Positions 40,421 through 55,266 of a stretch of DNA of 64,000 nucleotides are shown one piece after another. Where the stretch lies: assembly GCA_951406725.2 (NCBI GenBank), contig OX597823.1, positions 92,690,001 to 92,754,000 of the forward strand, given 5' to 3'. Numbering within the stretch: the first letter of the stretch is position 1; each line of letters begins with the position of its first letter. A model generated the notes under the pieces. The model was given only the letters and a program-made list of their open reading frames with translations. It was not told where the DNA came from and made no database searches. Made by a program: the position numbers and the translations under genes. Origin of the DNA: Octopus vulgaris. Its lineage: Eukaryota.

Positions 40421-41248
40421 AATGTACAGGAAAATATGTTTACCGTAAATCGAGGAATTTTCTAAAATATCACCTTCGATTTGTGATCATGATAACGAAG
40501 TGGTCATGATAACGAAGAGAAAATGGCGAAATTAATAACATAACAGGTATATGAAATACCTATTCCCATGATGACGATTATGACCATAGAACTCCTCAAC
40601 ACCATGACTTAGGAAAGTAATAACGTGAAACGTAATGCATAAAAGCAAGAATTTTTCATAACCATTTTCAATTTTGAATTGCAAAAAATTAATATGTCCT
40701 GTGACAGCATAAATAATACTTTTTTCAAAAATAAATTTTTTTTCCTTTTATTTAGCATGATAAGAGCAAGATACCGAGGTACCAATAACTTGCAGTTTAA
40801 ATGGAAAAAATAAATTATTCTTTAGTTTGTGTACTTTAGTTTCGTTCGAAGAGTCTTTTGTGACATTTCATGTAAGCCATTTAAAATATACACACGTATT
40901 TTATTGGATTTTCTTGTATGTATGAATTTTATTATTTTGTTTACTTTAAATTCTGTTGTAACCTCTTTCCTCCTATTTATTGTTAAGTATCTTTCTTCTT
41001 ATCTCTAATTCATTCACTCGCTCGCTTCCTCTCTCGCTTATTTTGGCTTCGACGCTGAAGAATAATGATATTTCTAAATGTTACATTTAATAGTTCTCTG
41101 GAAGGAAGCGTACGTGCAATAACAGATGTAATAGGTCAGCGGTTTCCATTGACAAAAAAGTATGACTTAAGAAATTGAAACTTAACATATTCATATTATG
41201 TCTTATGACGTAGAAGAATACTAGAAACATGAGACAACAATAATAAAG

Positions 41249-41307
<59 letters not shown>

Positions 41308-42976
41308 GATCGTGATGATGGTGGTGGTGGTGGTGAGAAAAGCTAGGAATGTACAGGAAAAAGAACAGTTTGTCTTTTAAATGTATTTAAAGAAAAAATC
41401 AAAAAGAAAGAGAAAAAAGAAGAAAACACAGGAACTGTAAAAACATATCTGTATATGTATATATGTGTGTGTGTATATGTGTATGAGTGTATGTGAATGC
41501 GTATGCATATATATATATATATATACATACATACATATGTGCTTATATATATATACATATACATGTATATATATATATATATATACATATATATATGTAT
41601 ATATACACACACATATATATATATACGTATATATATATATGTGCATGTGTGTGTGTGTGTTTTTGTGTGTAGTAATGGAAAAATATCTATTTTTTGAAGA
41701 ATTGAGTTCCAATTGGAAAGTAAGTTTCAATTTATGTTCCATTTTGCTTTTGTTTTTTTTGGGGGGTGGGGGGTAAGTTAAAGAGATACTTCTATAATAA
41801 AGAAATATATACAATGATGCTGGTGTTTTTCAACCTACGAAAAGTGAAATATATTTTACAACCAATACCCACGTTCGTGTTTGGCTTCCAAGAAATTATC
41901 AATTACCATTCGTGGCAGTAAATATAAACTGTACTAATTAACTCGCGAACCTGATCCCAGTAGATGCTTTTCTCTGCTGCAAAATTGCTGCAAAAAATAC
42001 AGCAACTTCGCCGGCCCCAGTCGCGTGTCATAACTAGAATGAGCATACAACTCACAAATTTGTAGACTCTCTGAGCAATCATGGAAACTTGTGTACAACT
42101 GATGCTAATTGCATTCCATCCTTTAAAATGGTAATCCTTATTAATTCGTTGACTATGGTTTTTCCCGTTTGCCAATGTATGTTATGTATTTATCGAGTCA
42201 ACTTGTAACTATCAGCGATACGTTGGCAAGGACTGAGTGAATTTAAGAGGCTTCTTCCCCACTCCCGTGCCTTGACTACAAACGTGCCCTCCATCGGTTG
42301 TGACGATGGGTGTTGGTCGGATCATCAGGGCACGCGTACACTTAACGCATTTTACAGACAGAATTAGCGTGGAACGGAATGTGACCAGTTCAACCCTTTG
42401 AATTACAGGCGCTACTCGTTTTTGCCAGCTCAGTGAACTGGAGCAAGGTGAAATAATGTGCCTTGCTCACTGACACAACCTACTGCCAGGAATTGAAACC
42501 AAAACCTTACGATCATGAGACAATTGCCTTAAAATCTAAGCCGAGCGCCTTCACTAATAACTACTATACGAGACTAGGAAGGCTGTCTTGTACTCCAATT
42601 CTTTATGTGTCATCCATTCCTAGAGGTACTGTCGATAAATAAGTGGAATAAACATAATGTTAAATCGAAGACAAGACATTTACTTTTAATGGTATTTTTC
42701 TTTGCGTGCCTACTTAAAACACGAAATCTTAAGTCCTTCGTAATAAGCGAAAATAATGCTTCTCCTTCTTTGTTCCATGATTTCAAGTTCGAAGTCTTAA
42801 TCCTGCAAGTATTACAAAGAAAGCATTTTCGCCATAGTACGGAGTATCTGCTAGCGGAGTAAGCCTACATCTAACTAATATATTAGATGACCAAAACCTG
42901 AAATCTGCGAACAAGGGCGGAAAACACAAAATGAGGATTAGACAAAATGGAGAATAGACAAAATCGCAACGCTACA

Positions 42977-43034
<58 letters not shown>

Positions 43035-43577
43035 ACACACATAATACGCTTCTTTTGTTTTCCACCAAAGCATAAAATATATACACACGCAAAGATTTGG
43101 TCTTCCCGACGCTATTGTAGAAGACACTTTTCAAGGTACCACGCAGTCGGAGTGAACTCCGGACCATGTGCCTGGGAAGCGATATATAATCCGGCCAGAA
43201 TGGGAGATGATATCAGTTTCGTCTTTCGATTAACTAAATGACTGGTTTGGGTAAACCTGCATGTAAAAGACTGAGCATTCAAAAGACATATGTATCCTGC
43301 ATGTAATTCTCCGGACCAATATGTGGCACCAGTCTACAACAATGGACGTTTGCATAAAAACTACAACCCATACATCAGTCTTCTATACACTTTCAGTCTA
43401 TTCAATCCAGAATTATTTTAAATGCCACTTCCTGACGGTGCCACGTGGGTGAATCGAAACCAGGTTCATGGTTGCGAGCCACAACCCTAGCAATTCGATA
43501 ACGCTAAAAATAAAAATGCCCAGTTTGCGGTTTTTGTACACGCAGAATATATGAGAACAATTTTGAAATATTAAACA

Positions 43578-43711
43578 AGAGTGGTTGTGTGGTAAGTAGC
43601 TTGCTTACGAACCACATTGTTCCGGGTTCAGTCCCATTGCGTAGCACTTTGGGCAATTGTTTTCTCCTATAGCTTCGGATTTGGTAGACGGAAACTGAAA
43701 GAAGCCCGTCG

Positions 43712-43761
<50 letters not shown>

Positions 43762-43945
43762 GGTGTGTTTGTCCACCGCCAACCGATGTTGGTGTGATTA
43801 CGTCCCCGTAACTTAGCGGTTCGAAAAAGAGAGCGATAGAATCAATACTAGGCTTACAGAGAATAGGTCCTGGGGTGTATTTGCTCGACTGAAGGTGCTG
43901 CTCCAGGATGGCCGCAATCAAATAACTGAAACAACTAAAAAAGAA
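43578..43945 (+). mobile_element. SINE family A
   Basis: Matches the consensus from head to tail. Confidence 0.85.
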
Positions 43946-44138
43946 AATAGAGCGCAAAGAAATATTAAATATTATTAAAAGTAGGGAAGATAACATGCTG
44001 TTTCCTTGTAAAAAAAAGCATATACGTATCTCTATTTAGGATTAGGGTGAAAATAAAAAATAAAAATAAAAATAAAAATAAGGGAGGAAGATGAGAGGAA
44101 AAAATATATATATGTGTATGTATATATGGGTATATGTG

Positions 44139-44176
<38 letters not shown>

Positions 44177-44706
44177 CGTGTGTGTGCGTGTATGTATGTA
44201 TATGTATGTGTATATGTGTATATACATATGTATATATATAGATATATATGTGTGTGTATGTGGATTTGTATGTATGTGTGTGTGTTTGTTTGTATGTATA
44301 TACATGTGCGTATGTATGTATATATATGTATATTCGCATGTGTATGTATGTGTGTTTGTATGTATATTTATTTTATATGTTTTTTCATGTATATTTATCT
44401 ACTTCTTCCCTCCACTTAACAAACTGAATACCTCCTCTTGACCACCAAAAAGTAATTGTCTTCTAATTTACCTAAAACCCCATCCCATATATCTGATTCT
44501 ATTCAATTATTCTATTTATACATTTATTTACTTTCTCACTGATTCTTCTCATTTCCAAAAACTCTTTGGCCTTTTGACCACTCCCCTAAGAACAATAGCC
44601 TGTGCCCTGTTTATCTCCTAAATACTAACTTACCCAAAAAAAGGCCCCACCACCACCCCATTAAATCTGCCTAAATGTATAAATACCAGACCTTATTTTG
44701 ACAGCC

Positions 44707-44757
44707 AGCTTCCTGAAGATTTCATCTGAATGAAACTGTTCTAGTCCTGTAGAAGCT
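44707..44757 (+). ncRNA. Type I hammerhead ribozyme motif
   Basis: agcttc-CTGAAGA-t-ttc(atct)gaa-t-GAAA-c(tgttctagtcct)g-TA-gaagct; perfect 6-bp stem I; ~85 bp upstream of a long (TA)n. Confidence 0.6.
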
Positions 44758-44839
44758 CCTTCTATAAAATAAATGACTTTACTCTGCTATGTATTGAGTA
44801 CCTTATTTACTGTGGTTAACCCCGACTCAACCCGGGACC

Positions 44840-44959
<120 letters not shown>

Positions 44960-44965
44960 ATATAT

Positions 44966-45180
44966 ATTTCTTTACTACCCACAAGGGGCTAAACGAAGAG
45001 GGGACAAACGAGGAGAGACAAACGGATTAAGTCGATTACATCGACCCCAGTGCGTAACTGGTACTTAATTTATCGACCCCGAAAGGATGAAAGGAAAAGT
45101 CGACCTCGGCGGAATTTGAACCCAGAACGTAAAGGCAGACGAAATACGGCTACGCATTTCGTCCGGCGGGCTAACGTTTA
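44966..45180 (-). mobile_element. SINE family B
   Basis: Reverse complement of the family B consensus. Confidence 0.88.
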
Positions 45181-45819
45181 CGTATATTACACCTGGTTCC
45201 CACTATTGAAAAGACTGCCTCCACGCGCTGCTACTACACTTTCGTCCTTGCCAGCAAAAGGCTTCTTCGTTCGTCCCCTTGTGTGGTTGATTTCCTGTAT
45301 AGTATTCTTGTTATTTTCTCGTTTTGTAACTAATTGTACTTTTTGTACATGTATTTTTATTTTTGCAGTTTTATCGTTTGTCTATGCCAGAAAAAAGGCT
45401 TTTTCGTTCGTCCTCTTGTGTTTGTTTTTGTACATATATTTTAATTTTTCAGTCTTATTGTTACGTCTTGTTTGTGTTCGTACTCATTTTGCCCCGCTGC
45501 TTGGAATTTTATTTTAATTCTCTCGCAGGAAGGCCTATTGGATTAGTGTTCTGTTATGCCTTCGAAACATGCCTGACTCCTCTAGCGACAGCTGATGACG
45601 GGGGTTTTGTCCTTGTGTAGCTCGTCCTGTATTTGTTTTCCGTTTTCTTGTTTTTCGTTTTCCGTTTTCTTGTTTTTTGTTTTTTGGCTTTTTCCGTTTC
45701 TACGTCTTATTGTGATGTCCTGTACTCCCGTATAATTATTTATATATGCATGTATATATACATGTAGATGTAGGTACGTACATATATGTTTGTATGTATG
45801 CATATATTTTTATTTATCT

Positions 45820-45879
<60 letters not shown>

Positions 45880-45886
45880 TATATAC

Positions 45887-45951
<65 letters not shown>

Positions 45952-45952
45952 C

Positions 45953-46108
<156 letters not shown>

Positions 46109-46946
46109 TTTTTTCTTTCTAGTTGCAGCTCAGAGCTGCGACCATGCCGATGCACCGCCGTTTTGTGCTACACTGTTATTACGCGGATCCTCGTCTAATA
46201 TGTGGCACTTGGTGAAGAATGGAGTTTGATATAGCTACACACAGAGCAGGCTTATGCCTTCGAAGGACATGAAGTTCGGGAGAGATGTGTTTATCCTATC
46301 AAACACGTTTCATATGTATGGTGATCAGTAAAACTTAGATATTCTCCCATTTATACCAACACTTCGCTCCAGTAAGTGATACTTAATCCTGATGGCTCTT
46401 GAAGAATAAAGAAAAAGAATATGAGTGGATTCGAAAGCAGAATGTTAAGAGACGTATCTGCATGACAGGATATTTTTCGATGGTGCTCAGCTGATTTATA
46501 GTAAATCATCAATGTGTATTGATCACCATGCTTAATATGAAAGAAGGATGACGGCCACGATGCTGCTGCCGATTATGATGTTGATGATGACGATGATGAG
46601 GATGAGGAAGGTGGTGATGATGGTGATGGTAGGGAGGTTGTTAATGTTAATTTTATTGGTGCTGGTTTTATTGTAAATGATGATGATGACGATGAGAAGG
46701 AAGTGGAGGAGGAGGTGGAGGACGACAACGGTGGTAGTAATGATATCGACGACGACGACGACGATAATGATGAAGCTGATGATGGTGGTGGTGATGATGA
46801 TGGTGGTGATGATAATGAGGATGATGATAAGGACGATGAGGAGGAAGAGGAGGAGGTGGAGGACGACAACTGTGCGGATAATAATGTCGACAACAACGAC
46901 GACGACGACGACGATGATGATGATGATGATGATGATGATGCTGATA

Positions 46947-46981
<35 letters not shown>

Positions 46982-47519
46982 ACAAATGTATATAAATGGA
47001 AAATACAGTATAGAAAGAAATAATAAAATGTAGAAGTCTGGATGATGGAAGATGAAAAGTAAATCGAAAAACTGATGATGATAGCTCTACGAGTATTGAA
47101 TGATGACAATGATGACAGCGACAGTAATGATGACAATGAGTAGGAGGAGGAGGAGGAGGAGGGAGGAGGCGGGGCTGACGCTGAGGTGGAAAAGAGAAAT
47201 AGAGAAGATAAAGACGAAGTCGCGTTCTCCCCTGAGGCGATTGTGGTTAAACCACTGGTTAGCACTTAATGTCAAATCTTTCATAAATGGAAAAGGAATC
47301 TTGCTTTGTATGAGATATTCACACAACGTATCTTTCAATTGTTCTGCAAGGCTTGTTCTCTGTAGAAAATCACTTATATTACAAAAATCCAATGTGCAAC
47401 AGATGAATAAACCCAGGAAATGATTGAGTCTAGAAGTAAAGCTATAACAATATAAATAGTAATACAGATGATATTAACAATAATAACAATAATAATGATA
47501 AGAGAGAATATATTAATAA

Positions 47520-47660
47520 TAACGACAACAAACTTATAAGAATGATTAGAATAATAACAACAACAACAACGACAACAACAAAAATAATAATAATAATGAT
47601 AATAATAATAACGACAACAAAACTTATAAGAATTGTAAGAATATTGACAACAACAATAAC

Positions 47661-47733
<73 letters not shown>

Positions 47734-47804
47734 AGAACGGTAACAGCAATAATAATAACGACAACAAAACTCATAAGAATGGTAAGAATAATGACAACAA
47801 CAAC

Positions 47805-47870
<66 letters not shown>

Positions 47871-47923
47871 TATTATTATTATTATTATTATAAGAATTGT
47901 AAGAATATTGACAACAATAACAA

Positions 47924-47981
<58 letters not shown>

Positions 47982-48067
47982 AGAACGGTAACAGCAATAA
48001 TAATAATAATAATAATAACGACAACAAAACTCATAAGAATGGTAAGAATAATGACAACAACAACAAC

Positions 48068-48148
<81 letters not shown>

Positions 48149-48304
48149 TATTATTATTATTATTATTATTATTGTTATTATTATTAGAACGGTAACAGCA
48201 ATAATAATGATAATAATAATAATGAATGATAATAATAATAATAATAATATTAATAATAATGAATGATAATAATAATAATAATAATAATTATTATTATTAT
48301 TATT

Positions 48305-48395
<91 letters not shown>

Positions 48396-48430
48396 TAATA
48401 ATAATAATAATTATTATCATTATTATACAA
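47520..48430. repeat. Compound minisatellite with (AAT)n-(ATT)n polarity switches
   Basis: Recurring spacers acgacaacaaaact.ataagaat.gtaagaat and ataagaacggtaacagcaat. Confidence 0.85.
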
Positions 48431-49071
48431 AAGAACAAAGAATGACACAAAATTCTAACAGCGATAATACCGTCATATTATAGAGGTTCTCAAAGAAAGG
48501 AATCATATCATAAGTCTTATCTTATTATATTTTGGATTTTCCTGAAAGTTTTATTGTGTTTTATTTTCACACATTTGAATTATTTCTTCGATATATTTTT
48601 CGCTTAATAATTGTTTGATAAACTCACTAAATTTCTGCAAAAATAAAAATGTTAAAATGAAAATAACAACCATTTGGTTGCGTAATATATATATTTAAAT
48701 AAATAATACAAATATCTGAATCTATATATTATGTAATTTCACTTTTCTTATTTTCTTATTTCCTTATTTATTTATATAATGGGGAAATACTTTGCACAAG
48801 AATGCTTTGAGGAGATATTTTCAGCTTATCTTTCAGAAATTTTAGAAGTAGCCGTCGGCCTTTTGCAACGTAATGTTATACACAAGCACACCATTGACAA
48901 ATACGCATATATGTAAAATTATATGAGCAATAATCCACTTCATTTGGCATACCCTCTCTCACACACACTAACAGGAAGTGCTACCTACAAATATTCATAT
49001 ACACATGCATACACACACACATACACATATATATATTTATATATATATGTATATGTGTATGTATATGTATG

Positions 49072-49104
<33 letters not shown>

Positions 49105-49313
49105 GTGTGTGTGTGTGTGTATGTATACATACATATTTAACCATGGGTACATAGTTATATATCTATGTCTCTCTGTTTTTATTTATCTATCAGTCTCTCA
49201 CTCTCTATCTCTCTCTCTATATATATATACCTATGTTTATGCATACAAACATTCACATATATATATGTGTATATGTATATATATGTATATATATATATAT
49301 ATATATGTGTATA

Positions 49314-49350
<37 letters not shown>

Positions 49351-49729
49351 GCACACTTGTATATGTGTGTGTGTATGTGTGTGTGTGCGTGCATGAGTGA
49401 GTGTATGCGCACGCGCGTGATTTCATGCGGTACTTGGCGAAGATTTTCTGCTTCAAAGTTCGTTTGTATCTTTAGTAAAGCATCACAATAGGAGATACCG
49501 TCTTTAGAACCAACACTAGCACTTTTTACTCACAGAAGGATACTTTTCATTAAGCAAACGCAAACCACTCTCCCTGAGACATATTACAAAAAAGAATTTA
49601 TACCTTTTGCCTATCACAACTTATGACTGCGACAAAAGGCACATTAGCCGAAGCTTCAGTATTTTATTTCTCGTAATGTTATTCCTTTTAATGTACAGAT
49701 TTAAACGAATATAACTTTTTTAGTAAACA

Positions 49730-50125
49730 CTAGCAGTATCGCCCAGCGTTGCTCGGATTTGTAAGGGAAATAACTATATAAGCATTTTTAGAGAGTTATA
49801 GCCAAAAAGTAGCAAAAAATGCATTAAAAATGGAAAAAAAAATGATTGTAATTTTTTTTTAAATCGTTGACTCATTGTAGACATTTTTAGAGAGTTACTT
49901 CCCTTATATAATAGCGAAAAAATGCATTAAAATGGAAAAAATGATGGCAAAGTTTTTTAAAAATCGTAGACTCATCGTAGACGCGCGCTAATACCCAGAA
50001 GGGCTCGATATGAATCACGACTATAAGATACCCGGTTTTGGTTAAACTGCACCGCAAAATGTGGGAGTAGTTAGGAATCTAAATCGTAGGAGACAGACAC
50101 ACAACTTGACTTTTATATATAAAGA
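49730..50125 (-). mobile_element. Non-autonomous Helitron
   Basis: Minus: A|TCtttatatataaaag...GC-rich 3' end cgagcaacgctgggcgatactgCTAG|T. Confidence 0.85.
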
Positions 50126-50782
50126 TTATCGTTCGTAATCCAGCGCACACATCCAAGTATTTTAATTGTGCATAAAACAACTTAAATCCCATAAATTAAC
50201 TCGTGTAAGTATGTTGGAGTGTCAGAGACATTTTATCGAGGTATTTTTCCATCCTCTGTAACCCTAGTTTTCATCACTAATTTTCACAAATCAGTCGATA
50301 ATATATTCTCCTTTATTATTCACGTCGTTCCACTGGTTTGTCATTTTCTTGCCGGTAGAAATTACGAGATATTAACACGATGTGATCATCAAACTCCAAT
50401 CCAACACATGTTTCTGCTAGTTAACTGCATTACTACCCTTTGGTGCGTTCGGTTGATTCATATTTTGATAAGTTACAGAATATATTCATCCTTACTTCTA
50501 CTTGTTGGTAATTAAATTGCGCCTACGAATTAATTGTAAATTGCGCACATTCATTGAGAAAAGCATTGAAATATTTTCCAAATGCAGGTTTTTAATTAGA
50601 AATCACATGGAGAAGAGGGCGCATAAATTTACTTCGTCAAATAATCACGAATTTAGGTGTTAACAAATTTACACAAAACCTCATAATTTTACTTTATGTC
50701 CTTTCTTCCTTTTACAGATTTTTTAATGAATTTCCTCAAAATATTACTCGAAATTCCAGTTTATATTTTATTTTGTAACTCA

Positions 50783-51277
50783 CTTTGGTCATGAATGACC
50801 ATGGGATTGCACCTAGAAAGTTACCCTCTGAGGCACAAGTCTGGGTAAGGTTGTTTATGGAAGACCAACAGCCGTCCACGCATACCAGCCTACCCTCTCC
50901 ACGCCACCGATGTTATCCAAGGGAAAGGCAAAGGCCGATACAGCTTGGCACCAGTGACGTTGCAGCTCATTTATTAACGTGCAAGTGACTGTGCACTCCA
51001 CAGACACGTGTACCCTTACCGTAGTTCTCGAGGGGATTCAGCGTGACACAGAGTGTGACAAGGCTGGCTCTTTGAAATACAGGTACAAAAGAAACAGGAA
51101 GAAGGGGTGAGAAAAAGTTGGGGTGAAAGAGTATAGCAGAGTTCACCACCACCACCACGTTCTGAAACCTCAGGTGGTTTCTCTCAATAAACGCTCACAA
51201 GGCCCGATCTGGGATTCGAAACCACGATCCTACAACCGCGAGTTCGCTTCCCTAACCACTGGGCCATTACACCTCCA
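50783..51277 (-). mobile_element. tRNA-derived SINE family C, long form
   Basis: Minus head ggaggtgtaatggcccagtggttaggg...ggtttcgaatccc. Confidence 0.75.
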
Positions 51278-51823
51278 CTCCACTTTATATATCTTAATTA
51301 ATATTAGACTCCTAATATTCAAAACATTATCCGACATTTACGATTCAAAATGTATAAAACTGGGTTGAATATTCAAATTGAAACGATATTTATTTCCGCT
51401 TTCATTGATTTCATTTTAAATCAGTCTGTCTTAAGCTCTTTCACATTACCGTCATTATGAGTGGTTGATGGCGCGAATGCAACCTGATCTAATTAAGAAA
51501 TGTTCTCCTAACTATATAAAATAATTTATTCCTTTCATATCTAAAAGAGACACTCTAAGTTTAAGTGAGTTTAGAACCATAGTTATATCGTGCTAAAATG
51601 CAAAACCTATTGACATGTACCTAGAATATACTTTAAGAATTCTCCGTTCTCTTCACCCACCTGCACAGGTAAAACCTTGAATAAAACTGCATAGTAATGA
51701 CTCGCTTGAATGTGTACTGGAACAATATTAACAGAATGTACATAACTACGACATCAAAGGACATAAGGTCACTTATCCAGGGAAAAACACTTCTTGAAAT
51801 GGTATTTAATGAGAAAAATACTG

Positions 51824-52259
51824 GGATCTTTTCGGTTTGAACGGCAGTTTCTTCTAGCGGTGTCATATGAAATTGTCACCCATAATTATGACCCTAGTAT
51901 CGATCTATTGCATTTCAATCTGTTTTAGGGTTAGGGTTAGTTAGGGCTAGGTTTAGGGTTAGGGTTAGGGGTGGGGTATCTTTATTCGTCAGAAATGTAA
52001 ATAAACCCAATCTGTTTCTTAAACGAGGGACATATTCATAAGGCACAGAATGTTTTCACCTCAATAGACGTCATTGATTGGTTGAAATTACAGAAATTGA
52101 AGAAAAAAACAACAAATATTTTACAAACTATAGAATTTTCTCAATAAAGCCAAGAGAAAAAGATGTTCTATAAACACATTCTACCAGTATACGATATTTA
52201 AAAGTGTTTAGTTACGTGGAAATTATTTTAAAAGACTGCCGTTCAAACCGAAAAGATCC
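51824..52259. mobile_element. MITE with GGATCTTTTCGGTTTGAACGGCAGT TIRs, 8-bp TSD and internal (TTAGGG)n
   Basis: TSD aaatactg at 51816-51823 and 52260-52267; telomere-like repeats at ~51925-51970. Confidence 0.9.
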
Positions 52260-52503
52260 AAATACTGTAATGAATAGATTTTGAAGATGTATAATGCTCC
52301 ATTCTTCTTTATGATGCCTTCAATATATATTCTGTCCGCTGTAAGAAAAATCCATTGAAGCGAACTCGGCATTTACCAATCAAGGGAAGGGTGAAATGAC
52401 GTGTAATTGTTTCCTATAATTCGACGAGCTTAGCGAGATCCGAAATTTATTAGATTACCGGCTCCGATTCCAGATCCATATCCCTTTATGTTACACACAC
52501 ACA

Positions 52504-54605
52504 TCTATATATATAAAACTGAGAATGTTTGTCTGTCTGTCTGTGTGAATCCCTAAAACTTGAGAACTACACAACCAATTTCATTCAAATTTTACACATG
52601 ACTTACTTAGGGCCCATGTAGTGTCATGAGCAAAAATATTTCTAACTTCTTGCCGAGGGCGAGCCCACAGTAATATCATATCTTCTCCACTATTTCAGTA
52701 TTACGTGCTAAAAGTGAAACCAAAACATCTCTCTATTGTAATGTCAGATAGTTTCACTTTAATACTGAAACTATTAAAGTCAAACTAGTATATAAGAGGG
52801 ATTAACCATTATCAGTGGACATCCATTTTGCTAGAAGAAGATCCGCTATGGTCTTATATGCTACACCACTGGTTTTCAATTCATATTAATCAAATTAATA
52901 TTCAAGTTCTCAACCTTATTTTAAATTTAAATTTAAACCCAGGACCATGTGTTTTGGAACGAAGTTTGTTACCACACAGCCACACCTGCACCTATGTATG
53001 TGTGTGTGTCTGTGTGTGTGTGCATGTGTGTATATCTGTATATGTATACATTTATTTCTATACATATAGATGTATATGTATACATGTATATGTGTAGATG
53101 TATATATATATATAGATGTACATATAATATCTACACATATATATTCACATATATACATGCATGTATATATACACCCATACGCTCATACATAGGTGCAGGT
53201 GTGGCTGTGTGGTAACAGACTTCGTTCCAAAACACATGGTCCTGGGTGCAGTCTCACTGTGTGGTGACTTGGCATGTGTCTTCTGCTATAGCCTCAGACC
53301 AACCAAAGCCTTGTCAGTGGATTTTGTAGACAGAAACTGAAAGAAATCAATCGTATATATATGTATCTATATATGTAAGTCTGTGTGTGTGTATTTGTGT
53401 TTCTCACTCATCACTGCCTCACAACTGGTGTTCGTTTATTTAACTGATAGAATAACTACCAGGCATATCAAAATAACAAAAACACTAGGCAGTATCTCAT
53501 ATTTTTGTTTACCCACACAATTTATCTTTGGGTGTATGTGTGTATGTGTGTACATGCATACATACATTTTATCTAAGCAAAGACGAATAGTTGTACACTT
53601 GGAAGCTGTGGGGTCATCCGAGCATAGCAGATGAGCATTATTTTTAATTTCTATGGTACAACAGTGTAAGAGTTTACTTTGACATACACTTAGATTGTCA
53701 TTTCTGCAACGTGCTGCATAAATTGTCGAGTAAATGAGAGGCATCTTTGCCTGTACTGATTCAGTTGCAAACTGTTGAGTAAAGTTATTTGAATGCAGAC
53801 CTCTTTCCAGTCTTTTTATTATCACTGGGTCACACATAGTCCTAATATGGCAACATTGATTTCAAGGCCTTCCCAGACGAGTGACTGGTTATTTAAAGAC
53901 ATTCATAGATTGTAAACTTATTCTGTCCGGTTACATATCAGTACAATGGTCATTTGCAAACTCCAACTTTCATTTCTCCTTAGTTCTCACGTCACACAGT
54001 TGTTAATGTTTATTTCAGTTGGGTCACGCCCTTTTAATTGCTATAGATTCGTAATGCATCTTACGGCTGTGTCTGTCACCTGGATGGTGAGGAATCCTAC
54101 ATTGGGAGTGGTAACGACTAGGGTAGGGTAACTGACGGCTTATTGTGATCATTCGCCTTTTGGTTTCCTGTGGCTTTGCGCTCCTTTACAAACCCAGTGA
54201 ACCTATATTTCCTATTTCAAAGAAATTCAAACAATAGATATAAGACCCAAGTTAAAAATATTCGGAACAATTCAACTTCTCTGGTAGACATTAAGATGCC
54301 CACCCCCAACAGGGTCCTTAACTCTCACATTTTAGAGCTCCATGACCTTCATTTTTCAGGAGCAAAATCTTTTTAACAAGTTCAATAAGACTGGAATTTT
54401 GGAATATGCGTATAAAAATCAGTAGTATGGGATATATGTGGCACGATTACAATTTTTTGAGGGTGTGTAAAGAGGGAAATAACCCTCATCTGCAATTTTG
54501 ATGAAATTTGAAACATAGATATTCCAGTTCATTTGAGTAAATATAGCAGAAAAGTCTAATTGTTCAATTGTATGTAACACGGGCAACGCCGGGTATCTCT
54601 GCTAG
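52504..54605 (+). mobile_element. Probable non-autonomous Helitron (~2.1 kb) with nested SINE
   Basis: A|TCtatatatataaaactgag at the 5' end; cgggcaacgccgggtatctctgCTAG|T at the 3' end; termini resemble the Helitron at 49730-50125. Confidence 0.65.
53190..53470 (+). mobile_element. SINE family A
   Basis: Head ggtgcaggtgtggctgtgtggtaa...gaccaaccaaagccttgt. Confidence 0.8.
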
Positions 54606-54844
54606 TATTATATATGTGTGTGTGTGTGTGTGTATGTGTGTGCGCGTGTGTGTGTGAGTGTGTGTATATCTACATATACTTGTATATAGGTGAATATGAC
54701 CTCTGTTAATTTTGAGGTTCTAATAGCTAACAAGCCACCTTCATAATTTCTTAATTTGTTCGTATACATACATACATACATACATACATACATGCATGCA
54801 TATATATATATATATGTGTGTGTGTTTATATATGTACTTGCAAG

Positions 54845-54875
<31 letters not shown>

Positions 54876-54954
54876 CATATATGTGTATATGTGTATATAT
54901 ATATGTATGTACATAATGTACATATGTGTATATATATATAGATATATATATATA

Positions 54955-55120
54955 GGCGCAGGAGTGGGTGTGTAATAAGTGGGTTGCTTACCAACCACAT
55001 GGTTCCGAGTTCAGTCCCACTGTGTGACATCTTGGGCAGGTGTCTTCTACTATAGCCTCGAACCCACCAAAGCCTTGTGAGTGGATTTGGTAGAGGGAAA
55101 CTGAAAGAAGCCCGTCGTAT
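54955..55120 (+). mobile_element. SINE family A, 5' half
   Basis: ggcgcaggagtgggtgtg...aaactgaaagaagcccgtcgt. Confidence 0.85.
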
Positions 55121-55202
55121 ATATGTGTATATATGTGTGCGTATGTGTGTGTATATGTTTGCGTGTCTGTGTTTGTAAAATGAATGAAACAAGTAAATAT
55201 AG

Positions 55203-55266
<64 letters not shown>

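Noticed and set aside
45520-45730. Possible hammerhead (cgaaacatg...ctgatgacgggg); similar arrangement at 26780-26835 minus
   Set aside because: Core halves are present but I could not close stems I-III convincingly
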